Shown here piece after piece: positions 63,856 to 64,000 of a DNA stretch of 64,000 bases. This DNA comes from Takakia lepidozioides. Its lineage: Eukaryota > Plantae > Bryophyta. The stretch lies in contig CM060732.1 in the NCBI GenBank assembly GCA_030704615.1, positions 372,001-436,000 of the forward strand, given 5' to 3'. The notes under the pieces are model-generated. The model had not been told where the DNA came from and did no database searches. It saw only the letters and a list, made by a program, of their open reading frames with translations. The translations under genes were made by a program, and so were the position numbers. Numbering within the stretch: the first letter of the stretch is position 1; each line of letters starts with the position of its first letter.

Positions 63856-64000
63856 GGACCATGCGGCTGGACACCACAAATTCCTTACCGAAAAAATGTC
63901 TCTTTCTACCTCCAGACCCTGCACCTTGCTTCAGAGTGCAAAATCGAGATATCATTGTAGAAGCACTTTTGGACTCATGAGCTTCAGCTTGTTTTATGGA
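63826..64000 (+). pseudogene. pol: Start of pol (protease) in the -1 frame, with a stop in the active-site motif
   Basis: EALLDS*ASACF (DSG changed to DS-stop); slippery-like G GAA AAC at ~63828-63834. Confidence 0.8.

Overview
Eukaryotic, almost entirely transposon-derived DNA; a non-seed land plant is inferred from the element types, and no intact host gene is recognisable. There are two nested element classes. (1) Mutator-like (MULE) DNA transposons with short asymmetric ends (GAGGTT[T/A][G/A]CTATTTCATGAGC and GGGGGCTGCTATTTCATGAGC) and 9-bp target-site duplications (TSDs): A 672-8130, B ~9381-13236, C 15185-23308, D 39358-43456, an older copy E split by C, and a fragment at 28255-30486. 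The transposase reads as GCM/WRKY-like zinc finger + DDE + SWIM. (2) Ty3/Gypsy LTR retrotransposons: a non-chromovirus family with three LTR copies and extra ORFs, a chromodomain-bearing element, and a third family at the window end. The main finding is the MULE layout: a transposase and a divergently oriented cargo gene flank a kb-scale array of ~30-bp palindromes centred on CGGCGCCG. The cargo has a ParB/Srx-like N-terminus and a beta-class amino-DNA-methyltransferase-like region, and the palindrome arms differ between families by a compensatory change. A separate intron-containing methyltransferase motif-I fragment lies at 61858-62126. All copies are degenerate, domain calls are by eye, and many 1-nt indels could be sequencing error.
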